A program made the translations under genes and the position numbers. Positions 10,364-20,430 of a DNA stretch of 64,000 nucleotides are shown one piece after another. The notes under the pieces were generated by a model, which ran no database searches, was not told the origin of the DNA, and saw nothing but the letters and a program-made list of their open reading frames with translations. The stretch comes from Cyanophora paradoxa CCMP329 (taxonomy: Eukaryota; Plantae; Glaucophyta): the NCBI GenBank assembly GCA_004431415.1, contig QPMI01000038.1, forward strand, positions 62,001 to 126,000. Direction: 5' to 3'. Numbering within the stretch: the first letter of the stretch is position 1; each line of letters begins with the position of its first letter.

Positions 10364-13300
10364 TTAGAGCCCAAATGGAATGCTGTGAATTCCATCGTCT
10401 AATATCTTCCTTTTGCTATCGAGTTGGTTTAGAGCCACCCTTCTGCTCTCCAAATCATATAGGTTGTGGTCTTGTCTTCGCTTGTTTACTACTGCTACTG
10501 TTTTGGTGATGCCTTCAAACAGGCATCTTTTGAAATCATCAAAGTGAACCTCTTTGGAGGAAGTACCAGACATCTTTATTTTATCAAAGGTCTCAGTTCT
10601 GAAAGCATAGAGTTTCGATCTCAGACCTACATACTCCACAATCTTTGCATGGGGAAACTCGTTTTTATATTTACCTGGAATCAAGCGATTGCTCCTATCA
10701 AAGAGAGGGTGGGAGGGATCATAATTACTGCAATCCAGGTGTTCCGAAATTCGCTTCATCTCATTATTAAGATCATTGGTATGAAGCATAAGACAGAAAG
10801 AATCTGTATCATGGAATAGTAGCTCAGCTGTTTCCCAAGTTCTCCTCACCACATCATAAAAGAACCTGCTGTTATGGAGTTTCGCGAAATCCAGCACAAA
10901 AGCCCCGATTGCAACTGGTTTATCTAAGTGAACATGCTTTGAGTACATCTCAAAGGCAACAGCATTTTCGTTTAATGCATTGGTTGCCTTGATGAGTGGA
11001 CTTGCAGCATATTTCTTGCAGAGTTTCTCACTGTTAGCAATCTTTACCACAGATCGACCCCTGCATGATTCAAGGCATTTACCATAGATTGCATTGTTCA
11101 TTAATTTAAAGAAGTCACTCTCGAATCTGGTGACAGATTGGCGCCTCAGTTTCGTATTTAGATCAATATAACTCTTCATGAATGCAGAGGTTGCAAATGA
11201 GAGAACCCTGTGAACCTTCTTAATTATAATACCTTTGCTCACAAGATAGACCAAGAGAGGTTGGGAGATCACATAGTTGTTTTTGGGTGAGAATGTTGCT
11301 GTGAGTTTGGGGTCTTTGCTTATCTTCTCACCTGTGATATCCAGTAGTTTTTGTTGATACTCACCCAGCATTTCGGTAGTGATTTGCTCTTTATTCACTA
11401 CAAGTGGAAAATCGTAATGATCTGTGAGAGTTTGTGGGTATTCCAGGTCTACTTCAATAAAGGCACTTCGTCCAGAGGTCTCTTTAAGTGCCTCTGTGAC
11501 ATCTTCCCAACGAAAATCTCCAATGGGCAGTTCTTGACTGAGAGCATAACCATACAGATTATTTGCATCCAAGAGAACTATATGGTCATCTGGGTTTTCC
11601 ACCTTTGCATATCGAGTAGGCATTGTAGCAAACCCACCTCGAATTGCCCTCTCAATAAATTCGTATTGCCCAACATCACTTATCTGTTCAATCTTTGCTC
11701 TGGTGTAAATTAGCATTGCATCCCAGGATAATCCAGGAGCGCTCACATAATGGGCAGGATCTAATCCATATTGGGAAAACGCCAATTCTCGGAATTTCTG
11801 GAATTTACTCATAAGATCACCAGAATCCACTGCCTGGAAGTCCATGAAATGCGAAGCATCTATGAATTTCCACATTCCCCATTGCAGGGAGAGGTATTGA
11901 TCGAAATTCTTGCTCAGGATCTCAACACGAAGTTTATCATCTTGCTGTGCAATTTTGCGGAATATTTCGTGTCCACATTCATCCATGTGATCCACCACAA
12001 TTGCTACTTTCGTTTGTTTGGAGATTCTCCTGTGGAGGTTGCAGTTTCGGCATGCTTTTCCAATAAAAGCTCCTGATTGATGACAATGGTCTCTCACTGG
12101 GAAGTTCTCATGGGTAAATCGTTCTGCACAGATATAACAGTGTTTAGTTATCTTGTATTGTGCTTTCTGCTCCTCTGTGAGTGGATGCATGGGAATATTG
12201 GTGAATAGAGTGCGAATTACTTGGGGTCTGATCTCTGTGAGAGTGGTAAAAAGAGCACCAAGTGGATCTGATCCCTCGAAATAATGAGAGATCACCTCAT
12301 CCCCCATCACAACTGTTAGAGAAACCGATTTTACCTCTCTCTTACTGCGGTTCTCATCAATTGGAACCGAGTGACTATCCATTTTCACATAGCAGATAGT
12401 GGGAAGCCACACAGTTTTGCGAAGATGTTGAAGCCCAAATGCAATGTGACTTCCAGATTTCGGGCATTTACCTTTGCTCTCCCTCCAATCAATGCAGCGA
12501 TTCGCTTCTATATGTACATCCAGCTTCTCCTGAGTTCTGAAACGAGACAGACAGGTCTCACAATAATAAATGCGACCATCATGGGCTTTATCAAAGGTGG
12601 TTTTCAGGAGTCGACTCAGAGACATGATGGTGATATAATGCCCTCTATCATCCTCTTCGTTTTCGATTAATAAAAGGTTAATCTTGGTCTTTCTCCTCGG
12701 GTTGCTGGATTGGTGGAGAGGATAGAAGCACTGTGCAGTATTATCTGCCCCATAAATGTTGATTGAGAGTTCAGGGTTCTGCTCCTCAAATCGATCAATG
12801 ATTTCTGCATCACAGGCAACTGGAAACTGGATGCCTTCGAAATTGAGTTCGTTTAACCATCTTCTATACTGGCTGGGTTCATTGCTCTTGTGTTTATTGA
12901 TGTCCTTTCGGTGCAGGTAAGCCAAGATTGCATACTTGAAGCAGTCTTGACCATCAATATTCTTCACATTCACAGTTGCTCTCTTTAATCCAATCCACTC
13001 AGGTGTTGAGAAAAAGCAACCACCCACAGGAGCATAAGACATTATAACCACTCTCAGCATCTCAATGCGATCCAGTCTGTAACTGTCCACCTGCATCATC
13101 TGTTCCTGCATTGCTTGAAGTGCATTTCGCAGTTCAACATCAATATTTCGGGATCTTGTGATGACAAAGTAATCACTATAAATGAATTTGGTGATCCACA
13201 CCCTTGGATCACTCACTTTGGTGAATTTACAAATGAAGGTCAACCGAGTCTTAATTGCTCTCAGGTCTTGGAGTTTCTGTCTGAGTCTCTGAGGTAGAGT

Positions 13301-13645
13301 GGGTGCAATTCTCTCCAAGAATTCAATCCCATCTTGGATAACCTCCCCTCTTGCTCGATAGGTTAACCAAGAGTATGCTTTGTTCATTGCTTCCCCATCT
13401 TCAATCTCGGGTTCAATTGTTCCCAACCTTAAACCTTCATCCCTGAATTCCTCCATCTTCTCAAAACGATCATAGAGGCGATTTGTAATTTCTGTGAGTT
13501 GAGATAATCTTGGTCTCCTATCCAGGATTGCTGCCTGGCGATCATATTCGAATTCTGTAATATCACCAGTAACTAAAAGGGTTCCTAAAAGACCGAGTAT
13601 TTCGTTTTTCTTTTCTTTGATGATTCTATTTGATTGGCGGGGCAT
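10364..13645 (-). CDS. Protein-primed family B DNA polymerase (pPolB) with EndoVII-like Zn-finger insert and degenerate exonuclease domain
   Basis: DANNLYG, KLMNNAIYGK, HDTDS, VGLRSKLY; HCYIC...RDHCH..G...CRNCNL insert; N-terminal DCFKYAI...GHY (vOTU-like). Confidence 0.95.
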   Translation of the reverse strand: MPRQSNRIIKEKKNEILGLLGTLLVTGDITEFEYDRQAAILDRRPRLSQLTEITNRLYDRFEKMEEFRDEGLRLGTIEPEIEDGEAMNKAYSWLTYRARGEVIQDGIEFLERIAPTLPQRLRQKLQDLRAIKTRLTFICKFTKVSDPRVWITKFIYSDYFVITRSRNIDVELRNALQAMQEQMMQVDSYRLDRIEMLRVVIMSYAPVGGCFFSTPEWIGLKRATVNVKNIDGQDCFKYAILAYLHRKDINKHKSNEPSQYRRWLNELNFEGIQFPVACDAEIIDRFEEQNPELSINIYGADNTAQCFYPLHQSSNPRRKTKINLLLIENEEDDRGHYITIMSLSRLLKTTFDKAHDGRIYYCETCLSRFRTQEKLDVHIEANRCIDWRESKGKCPKSGSHIAFGLQHLRKTVWLPTICYVKMDSHSVPIDENRSKREVKSVSLTVVMGDEVISHYFEGSDPLGALFTTLTEIRPQVIRTLFTNIPMHPLTEEQKAQYKITKHCYICAERFTHENFPVRDHCHQSGAFIGKACRNCNLHRRISKQTKVAIVVDHMDECGHEIFRKIAQQDDKLRVEILSKNFDQYLSLQWGMWKFIDASHFMDFQAVDSGDLMSKFQKFRELAFSQYGLDPAHYVSAPGLSWDAMLIYTRAKIEQISDVGQYEFIERAIRGGFATMPTRYAKVENPDDHIVLLDANNLYGYALSQELPIGDFRWEDVTEALKETSGRSAFIEVDLEYPQTLTDHYDFPLVVNKEQITTEMLGEYQQKLLDITGEKISKDPKLTATFSPKNNYVISQPLLVYLVSKGIIIKKVHRVLSFATSAFMKSYIDLNTKLRRQSVTRFESDFFKLMNNAIYGKCLESCRGRSVVKIANSEKLCKKYAASPLIKATNALNENAVAFEMYSKHVHLDKPVAIGAFVLDFAKLHNSRFFYDVVRRTWETAELLFHDTDSFCLMLHTNDLNNEMKRISEHLDCSNYDPSHPLFDRSNRLIPGKYKNEFPHAKIVEYVGLRSKLYAFRTETFDKIKMSGTSSKEVHFDDFKRCLFEGITKTVAVVNKRRQDHNLYDLESRRVALNQLDSKRKILDDGIHSIPFGL

Positions 13646-13701
13646 CTTTTACTTTAAGGGAACATATTATTTTTGGGCGTTTTAAACGCATTTCGCATTT
13701 T

Positions 13702-13893
13702 TCAGGTTCTGATAATTCGCACATTCGTGCCTTTGGGGACATATACATTCACTGTGTCGAGTCTGCTTGCATAAACACGCTTCTTTTGATAGGTTCTACC
13801 ATAACCTGCTCTGATCTTTGCAATATAATCCGCCACCTCTGCAATATCATTCTTTTCGACAAGCTGCTGCCGAATTTCATCAAAATAATCCAT
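13702..13893 (-). CDS. Small hypothetical viral protein (63 aa)
   Basis: ATG ORF co-oriented with its neighbours; AAAATTGA about 50 nt upstream. Confidence 0.55.
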   Translation of the reverse strand: MDYFDEIRQQLVEKNDIAEVADYIAKIRAGYGRTYQKKRVYASRLDTVNVYVPKGTNVRIIRT

Positions 13894-13949
13894 TTTCTGT
13901 CTTAGTCAAGTGAAATACGCAACGATCCCTTAAATCGCCAGTCAATTTT

Positions 13950-14100
13950 TGTCACAACACACCGATTTTCGATACGTTTTTATATTGTCCAATTATTATT
14001 CGCGAAAGTGATCGACCCACAGGGGGGAGTCTGTGGTTAATTGGGCGTCACACTCAATTAAAAAGGTGTCACAGCTGTCACACAAACCATTTACAGTACG
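13950..14100. repeat. TGTCACA iteron cluster downstream of the primase-helicase
   Basis: TGTCACA at 13950, 14067 and 14076, CGTCACA at 14046. The flank CTGTCACACAAACCATTT.CAGTA is shared with 49529-49552. Confidence 0.75.
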
Positions 14101-14150
14101 GTTTTTAAAAAATAAGAAATTCAATCAGTATTAGAATCGATTCTGTTTAT

Positions 14151-16514
14151 TTACTCATCTCCACCTTCAACATCACTGTCATCCATCAATCTGCGACTAT
14201 GCTTCTTTTTGATCCCAAAGTAACCACGGCAAAGTACATCATTCACTCGTTTTCTGTCAGACTTCACATTAAAGACTTCGCGAAGTCTCTTCATAATGGT
14301 GCAATCTGAGATTTTCTCATCAGATTTGCCCATGTGGTCTCTCTTGAAGTCACCCATGATGGACTCACTTGTAGTGAAATCGCCTTGACTCTTGGTGAGT
14401 TCATAATTCTCTCGGATCCACTCTCCAATCTTGTCATTCTCATTGAAATACTCCATACCTTGATCAACAATGGACTGGGGAGGTTTGGTGACGAATGTAT
14501 TGAGAGAATGGGTTCTCCACATTTCCAGGAGAATGGACATATGCGCCATTTTATAATCGTCATCATTCTTCATGAGGCGCATGAGAGTGGTGTCTGCCTT
14601 CTTCTCACCAGGCTGAGGATCGACCTTGAAGACATTTTCGAATCGGTAGTAGATAATTCGCCTTTGGATTGCTGCATCTGGTTTACTGATCCCCAGATTG
14701 TCATTTGTAGACAAGAACAACTGGAACATGGGAATGAATGTTACAAGATCTTTGTATAGAGTTCGAACCTTCATCTCATTCCCACCAGTAACTTGTTTGA
14801 TTTTGTTCAGTTGAAGCATATCACCATCTTCTGCTTCATTACTGAAAACAATCCGTTTACCAAGAATGCAAGCGAGTTCTGGGGCAGCCTCTGATGAACT
14901 CTTCTTGGGTTTAGTCCAATATGTCATGTCCAGTGACCCATAGTATTCACCAAATGTGTCTTTCACCAACTCTTGGAGCAGAGATTTCCCATTTGCTCCA
15001 ATTCCAGTCCAGCAAGTGTATCTCTGATTTTCTGTCAAACCACACAGAGCATAGGCAATTAATCCCATCATAAATTCGCGGTTTTCATCAGATTCGATCA
15101 GATCTGCATAGATGGATTTAATCTTTGCAACCTTCTCTTGGTCGATTTCTGTGGTATAATCGTAGCCAACAGTCTTGCTCACCATATCATCTGGGAGTCC
15201 CTGTCGAAAAGTCATGGAGTTCAAGTCAAATACACCATTTGTGAATCCAATGATGTTGGGAACAGTATCAAGTCTCTCGAAAAAGGTCTTGTCACTGAAC
15301 AGAACTGAAAGATCAGACATAAGTGCAGTTCTGTATGTAGTCTGTTTGAGGCTCTTAGCAATTCCCAGCAGAATCTTTGACCTTTCCTCCAAGGAATTGC
15401 GGTTCTCTTCATCACGAAGAGCTCTCTGTGCGAGTTGAACAGAACGTTGAAGATAAACTGGACAGACCTTGCAGCTCAAACAGAGAAAGATTCGCCTCCC
15501 AGTTTCATCCATCTCCCAAATCCCACATACATCATTGAACTTGAACCAGGTCTTGTTGGAATACTTGTATTTGTCTTGCAGAACAAGATAGGCAACCTGT
15601 GCAACATCATAATGGGCACCATCAGATCCAGCAGACCGATCAATCAGATTTTCGATATTCGCATCTGTCTCTTCCTTCACACGAATTGTGATAAGTCGCT
15701 TCTTGCAGTTTGCACTGTAACTCGAAACAATGTACTTGTCTTTCTCCTTTCCTTGAATAATATACCAATTGTTTGAGTCATGGCTTCCCTTGCAGCAGGG
15801 ACAGATCAGACCTTTGTTCTCAGCAGTGAAATTGTATCCCATCTTGGTCTCATTGATGATTGTGGGCAAGATGAAACCGAATTCTTCGAGTTTAGAAAGA
15901 ATATGTTTCTGCAAATTCTCCTCAGCGCACCTTGCATAATAAGAATGTGCACCTTTGGGGAATTCGTAGTTTTCAACAATCCACTTTTGCAACCCAGCAG
16001 TGGGTTCATTTAACTCACACTCAGATGCCCATGGCTCTCTGATCCATGTTTTGTTGGGACTGGGACAAACATTAATTACCCCAGCAGTCCCAGTGGATGC
16101 AATCGTTTTGCAGTCGATCTTGGGGTTTCCTTTGAATGCACCTGCTTTATCCCAGATCTTAATGGTGTCGAATTCAGCAGGTCGAGCGAAATAAGCATGA
16201 TATCCTTTTTTGGTTTTAGCAAGTGGATTAACACCACCGAAATCATCAGGGAATTGCTCCTCGAATTTGGCGAAATCCTCCTCTTGGTCGAAGTCAATTA
16301 CCATGATATTACGAGCGAGAATGCCCCAAGCAGTATACTTACCGGATTTCAGGGCTTCATCGAATTTATCCCAATTCCAGGCTCCGTCTTTATGAGCGAA
16401 AAGGGGTTTTTTGGTATCAGGATCAACAGGAATTACGAGATTCTCAGACAGGACATCGTCTTCACGAAGCCAGTCAACAAGGCGTTTCAGGGATTTCTTG
16501 GCGGCAGCGTTCAT
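14151..16514 (-). CDS. PrimPol (AEP) - Zn ribbon - D5-like SF3 primase-helicase
   Basis: VIDFD, TKKGYHAYF, IDCKT (PrimPol); CPCC..H...C; IGFTNGVFDL (D5_N); GIGANGKS Walker A, FSNE, STND, AIQRR. Confidence 0.93.
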   Translation of the reverse strand: MNAAAKKSLKRLVDWLREDDVLSENLVIPVDPDTKKPLFAHKDGAWNWDKFDEALKSGKYTAWGILARNIMVIDFDQEEDFAKFEEQFPDDFGGVNPLAKTKKGYHAYFARPAEFDTIKIWDKAGAFKGNPKIDCKTIASTGTAGVINVCPSPNKTWIREPWASECELNEPTAGLQKWIVENYEFPKGAHSYYARCAEENLQKHILSKLEEFGFILPTIINETKMGYNFTAENKGLICPCCKGSHDSNNWYIIQGKEKDKYIVSSYSANCKKRLITIRVKEETDANIENLIDRSAGSDGAHYDVAQVAYLVLQDKYKYSNKTWFKFNDVCGIWEMDETGRRIFLCLSCKVCPVYLQRSVQLAQRALRDEENRNSLEERSKILLGIAKSLKQTTYRTALMSDLSVLFSDKTFFERLDTVPNIIGFTNGVFDLNSMTFRQGLPDDMVSKTVGYDYTTEIDQEKVAKIKSIYADLIESDENREFMMGLIAYALCGLTENQRYTCWTGIGANGKSLLQELVKDTFGEYYGSLDMTYWTKPKKSSSEAAPELACILGKRIVFSNEAEDGDMLQLNKIKQVTGGNEMKVRTLYKDLVTFIPMFQLFLSTNDNLGISKPDAAIQRRIIYYRFENVFKVDPQPGEKKADTTLMRLMKNDDDYKMAHMSILLEMWRTHSLNTFVTKPPQSIVDQGMEYFNENDKIGEWIRENYELTKSQGDFTTSESIMGDFKRDHMGKSDEKISDCTIMKRLREVFNVKSDRKRVNDVLCRGYFGIKKKHSRRLMDDSDVEGGDE

Positions 16515-16708
16515 TTCGAAAATCGGGGGCTTCTTATACTTAATGGAGAAATTAATTTCTCCGGATCCTTGTCATTTTTTGGCGGCTAACCTTTAAATAC
16601 CTTTGGGTTTTCCGATTGGCGCTCGATACATGGTAATGATCCATCGAAAAGTCGATTGATCATGGTAACAAAAAGGATTCAGCGGATATCTGGGACTTTG
16701 GGGGCGGT

Positions 16709-16936
16709 TCAGTTTTTCCTGGGACGACCTACTGGGCGTTTTACTGGATTATTGGGATCCATCTCAGCAGCTTTCCTGCGATAATATCGTTCCAGTGCCT
16801 TTTTACGATATAATTCACGAAATTCCTCATCTTGATAACGTTTCTGGAAGTACAAGCGGTCATACAACCTTTTCCTCTCATTGAAATCCATTTCGCTCAT
16901 TGCAAGTTCGAATTCGACCACAGATTCAGTTTCCAT
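16709..16936 (-). CDS. Small basic protein with AT-hook-like C-terminus
   Basis: KRPVGRPRK; homologous to 48813-49058 (QKRY...ALxxYYRRKA...GRP). Confidence 0.7.
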   Translation of the reverse strand: METESVVEFELAMSEMDFNERKRLYDRLYFQKRYQDEEFRELYRKKALERYYRRKAAEMDPNNPVKRPVGRPRKN

Positions 16937-17137
16937 TTGATATGTTCCTTATATTTAGACGAGAAAATAATTTGTCCGGGTTCACCAATCAAACACACCT
17001 TACCCTTAAATCCCTTGTCATTTTTTGCAGATCGAGACCAGTTCCTGTCTACGCTTTTTTATTGCGGCTTCTGTTGCATATTCAGCGGATTTCCTTTCAA
17101 GGATAGCATAGATCTCAGGGAGACTGAGCATTCGATA

Positions 17138-17371
17138 TTAATTACCGAGATTTAATTTCGGATCTGTGAAAGATACAGAGCGTCGCCTCACTGTCTCTGT
17201 CTTAATATGCTCTTCGAAATCCACCGAGTCTGTGGATAATCTCCTTCCACCAGATCCATGGCTTTCAGTGTCTGAGAACTCGATTTCGACTTTGGTGTCA
17301 CAGCAACCACTGTGACAATTGCTCACAATGTGGAGATTAAACATTTCAATGATTTTGCGCAGAAAATCCAT
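17138..17371 (-). CDS. Small conserved viral protein (SNCHSGCC motif)
   Basis: N-terminus conserved with 48557-48829. Confidence 0.75.
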   Translation of the reverse strand: MDFLRKIIEMFNLHIVSNCHSGCCDTKVEIEFSDTESHGSGGRRLSTDSVDFEEHIKTETVRRRSVSFTDPKLNLGN

Positions 17372-17398
17372 GATATTCTCTCTCTTAAAGCGAGATAA

Positions 17399-18132
17399 TT
17401 AAAGCCAAACTCGTCGTTTATATACTGTTGGGGCAACACCTTTGTCGACCTCTGCCTTGGTAGCACCAGGTTCGATGGTGCCCTTCTGGGTTTTGGTCTT
17501 CATCTCATCAACTGCCTGCTCATCAATTTGAGTCTCTTTCTTACCAATGAATTGCTTATCCGGGAGACCAGTAATTCCCATTCTATACACCTCCTTTCGC
17601 AGCATCTCCTTCAATTTCGCTCTCTCTTTCTTCTCAGAGACATACTGTTCAAGAGCACTCGATTTCGCTTCCAGATCTTTAAGTTTCGCAGTCATTTCGT
17701 CCCATTGGGCTTTGGAATTCGGTGAATATTCTGTGTAGGTGCGACCTTGTAGGTGACCTCGCCAGCCATGGATTGAATAACCTTGTCGGATTCTTTGGAG
17801 ACACCTTCACCTTTGCGGGCAAGTGAGAGATCTTGCAGACCAAGTCCTTTATCATCAGCAGCACCAATAATTCGACGAGCACCTTCACCAACTGCCTTCA
17901 TCTTTGTGGCTTCGGGCGAAATATTCAATTGATCACTGGTGGATGTTTGAGGCGCTTTATCATCGGGAGATTCTTCGTAAGCAGCATTGAGGGGATCTTC
18001 CTGTTGCTGTGATGCTTTCACTTCATTGACACCATTGAATTTCATGGGATCTGTGTTAATAGAACCGGTTCCAGAGGATGCAGAATATGACATAGCACCA
18101 GCAGGAACACCAACTTTGCGTTTCGAAGGCAT
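17399..18132 (-). CDS. Conserved hypothetical viral protein (~244 aa), single-base frameshift near 17715
   Basis: ORFs 17692-18132 and 17399-17695 together align end to end with the intact 47800-48534. Confidence 0.85.
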
Positions 18133-18160
18133 TGTATATTTATAAGAAGCAGAGATTATT

Positions 18161-18943
18161 TTACAATCCTCTCTTATATCGCATCAGTTTGTTTGAATGA
18201 ACACCACTCTTTACCTCCTTGGGTGCTTCCTCTTTCTGTGGAGATGGTAGTTCATCTTCTTTCTTTTTGGGCTTCCTGTGGAACCGAGGAAATGCGAAAT
18301 CTTTGACCAGATCCGCTTTATCAACATAATAGTTCACCGAATAATTCGCAGAAGACCACACAATATATTGGTAGGAGTGTACATACTCCTCAAACATCTT
18401 ATAGAAATCGTCCTTGTTTCGCATGATATTGTACTCCTCTTCAATGGCTTCGAGTTCTTTGCGATTTGCAGCACTCAGGAACACAGCATAATCCGAATTT
18501 ACTCGAATTGTTGAAGAAACCTTCCTCAGCTTCTGTGTGATGCAGATAATCGAGATTTTCGAATGGCGACCTCTGGAATACAGGGATCCCACGATTTTGT
18601 CTCGGGTCAAATCAATAATTTCGTTGTCTATTAAATCATCTAAGACCACACACAGGTGATTGACAGGTTCCCCTTTTTCGATTTTCTCCTGCCTTTCATC
18701 CAGTAATTTGGAAATGTAAGCAGCATCCCATTTCCCGAGTTGCAATGTTGCAACTGCATCCCAGAAATGATTGAAGGACGTCCCACTCACAACAAGAACA
18801 GTATCAATCTTTTTCGCATCATGCAGCTGTTTCAACCAATATTTCACACATTCTGACTTGCCTGTTGCAGACTTTCCTATGAAAAGAGCACGAAATGGTG
18901 GGGTTATCATCTCAGAGGCAACAAATTCTTCTAAATCGTTCAT
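18161..18943 (-). CDS. A32-like genome packaging ATPase (FtsK-HerA superfamily)
   Basis: GKSATGKS, VVLDD, SRGRHSKISIICITQ, IRVN. Confidence 0.95.
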   Translation of the reverse strand: MNDLEEFVASEMITPPFRALFIGKSATGKSECVKYWLKQLHDAKKIDTVLVVSGTSFNHFWDAVATLQLGKWDAAYISKLLDERQEKIEKGEPVNHLCVVLDDLIDNEIIDLTRDKIVGSLYSRGRHSKISIICITQKLRKVSSTIRVNSDYAVFLSAANRKELEAIEEEYNIMRNKDDFYKMFEEYVHSYQYIVWSSANYSVNYYVDKADLVKDFAFPRFHRKPKKKEDELPSPQKEEAPKEVKSGVHSNKLMRYKRGL

Positions 18944-19005
18944 GGCTTTGTAGATCTTTCTTATTAAAGATAGATAAAAATAACGAAACGTTACTGATAA
19001 TGGTT

Positions 19006-20376
19006 TTACAGATTAATGCGACGAAGACCATCTTTGTCAACAATAATGAAACTGTGCATGAGAGCACGAACATTAACTGTGATTGTCTGGTCAGAAGGCA
19101 TGTATAGAGTGAGGAAAGAGGAGGAGGAGTTCGTGAGATCAACATAGCCAGACTGGGCAATGTTGCGAATCGCTTTCTCTCCATCAACACAGAATGGTAG
19201 ACCACTGAGGACATATTTGTCTGCTACCTTGTCCATATTCGAGCACTTGAAGGCATCCGCAATTAATTCGGCACCTTTGAGGAGAGGAATTGGCTCAGTA
19301 GCATAGAGACGTTGACCATTAATTTCAACAGTGAAAGTGATGTCTTTTGAGTTAGCATGCGTTTTTAGGACACTGTGGGAACCATTGAAACCATCAATAC
19401 CTGCGGCATCACGAACTGAAACAAGAAGACCATAGACAAGACCAGAGATCTGTGACAGGTTAATATGATTTGGTTGAGCATTTCCTTTTGCAGCAAAATT
19501 GACACTGTCAACAAAACCAATATCCAGAGCAGGAATAGCCATACCAGTGGTCTTTACCTTCTCAATGACAGTAGCAAACAGTTCATCAGAAACATTAATA
19601 GCATGCATGTAAAGACGAGGAGAAGTGACTTTAATTTCGGGGGTTGTTGTTGCACCAATTCCAAAAGTGGTGATTTGTTGACCAACATGGGCAAGGGTTC
19701 CATCTGTGAAATTTCCAAGTCCATCATCAGCAGTTGCATCAATAGTTCCAACAGCAGTTGTAAGTTCACGACCACCATAAGAAGTCTCAACATAACCCTT
19801 TCCAGCATCCTTGAACCAGACAGTTACCACCATTTCTCCTGAGAGAGCACCAAGAGGTAGGTAGTGGTTTAGCCATGGGACTGGGATTTCAGTGAAAAAT
19901 GACCCACCAAGTCGGTTGGTTCCATGGGCAGGGATACCATGAACCATTCCCATTGAACGCTTCTTCTTGGCGAGTTGATCCTCACTGTAATAGATAAGAG
20001 GGAAATGAGCAAGGAAATCAGAAGGCACATGGAAGGTGTAAGATCCATAGGTGATTTCAAGTCGAGAGACAAGAGCACCAACTGGGCGAACGTATCCATT
20101 GCGAACAAGGTCGGTATCACCAGCAAAAGTGACAGCTGGAAGGTCAAACGCAAGTTCGAGTTTTCCACAGAAATTGTAGCGAGGGAGCTTGAAAGAAATG
20201 CGATTTCCAGCATTATTCTCGAAAGTGTTGCTTGGGTTCACAACAACAAGAACTGGCTTCGACTTGGATTCAAGACCAAGCATGAGAGAGTTGTCCAAGA
20301 AGAACGCCTTGGCTTCTTCCGGGGTTGTTAGAGCTTCTTTCAGAGAAAGACGTTGGAGGGTCGAAGTAATATCCAT
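19006..20376 (-). CDS. Major capsid protein (probable double jelly roll), 456 aa
   Basis: Lies between the penton-like gene and the ATPase; beta-rich, suitable size, highly conserved with 45553-46923. ATG start at 20376 preferred over the upstream TTG. Confidence 0.8.
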   Translation of the reverse strand: MDITSTLQRLSLKEALTTPEEAKAFFLDNSLMLGLESKSKPVLVVVNPSNTFENNAGNRISFKLPRYNFCGKLELAFDLPAVTFAGDTDLVRNGYVRPVGALVSRLEITYGSYTFHVPSDFLAHFPLIYYSEDQLAKKKRSMGMVHGIPAHGTNRLGGSFFTEIPVPWLNHYLPLGALSGEMVVTVWFKDAGKGYVETSYGGRELTTAVGTIDATADDGLGNFTDGTLAHVGQQITTFGIGATTTPEIKVTSPRLYMHAINVSDELFATVIEKVKTTGMAIPALDIGFVDSVNFAAKGNAQPNHINLSQISGLVYGLLVSVRDAAGIDGFNGSHSVLKTHANSKDITFTVEINGQRLYATEPIPLLKGAELIADAFKCSNMDKVADKYVLSGLPFCVDGEKAIRNIAQSGYVDLTNSSSSFLTLYMPSDQTITVNVRALMHSFIIVDKDGLRRINL

Positions 20377-20430
20377 GATTATCTCTTTTATTATAATGCA
20401 ACATAAAAAATTCACCAATGATCCTTGATT

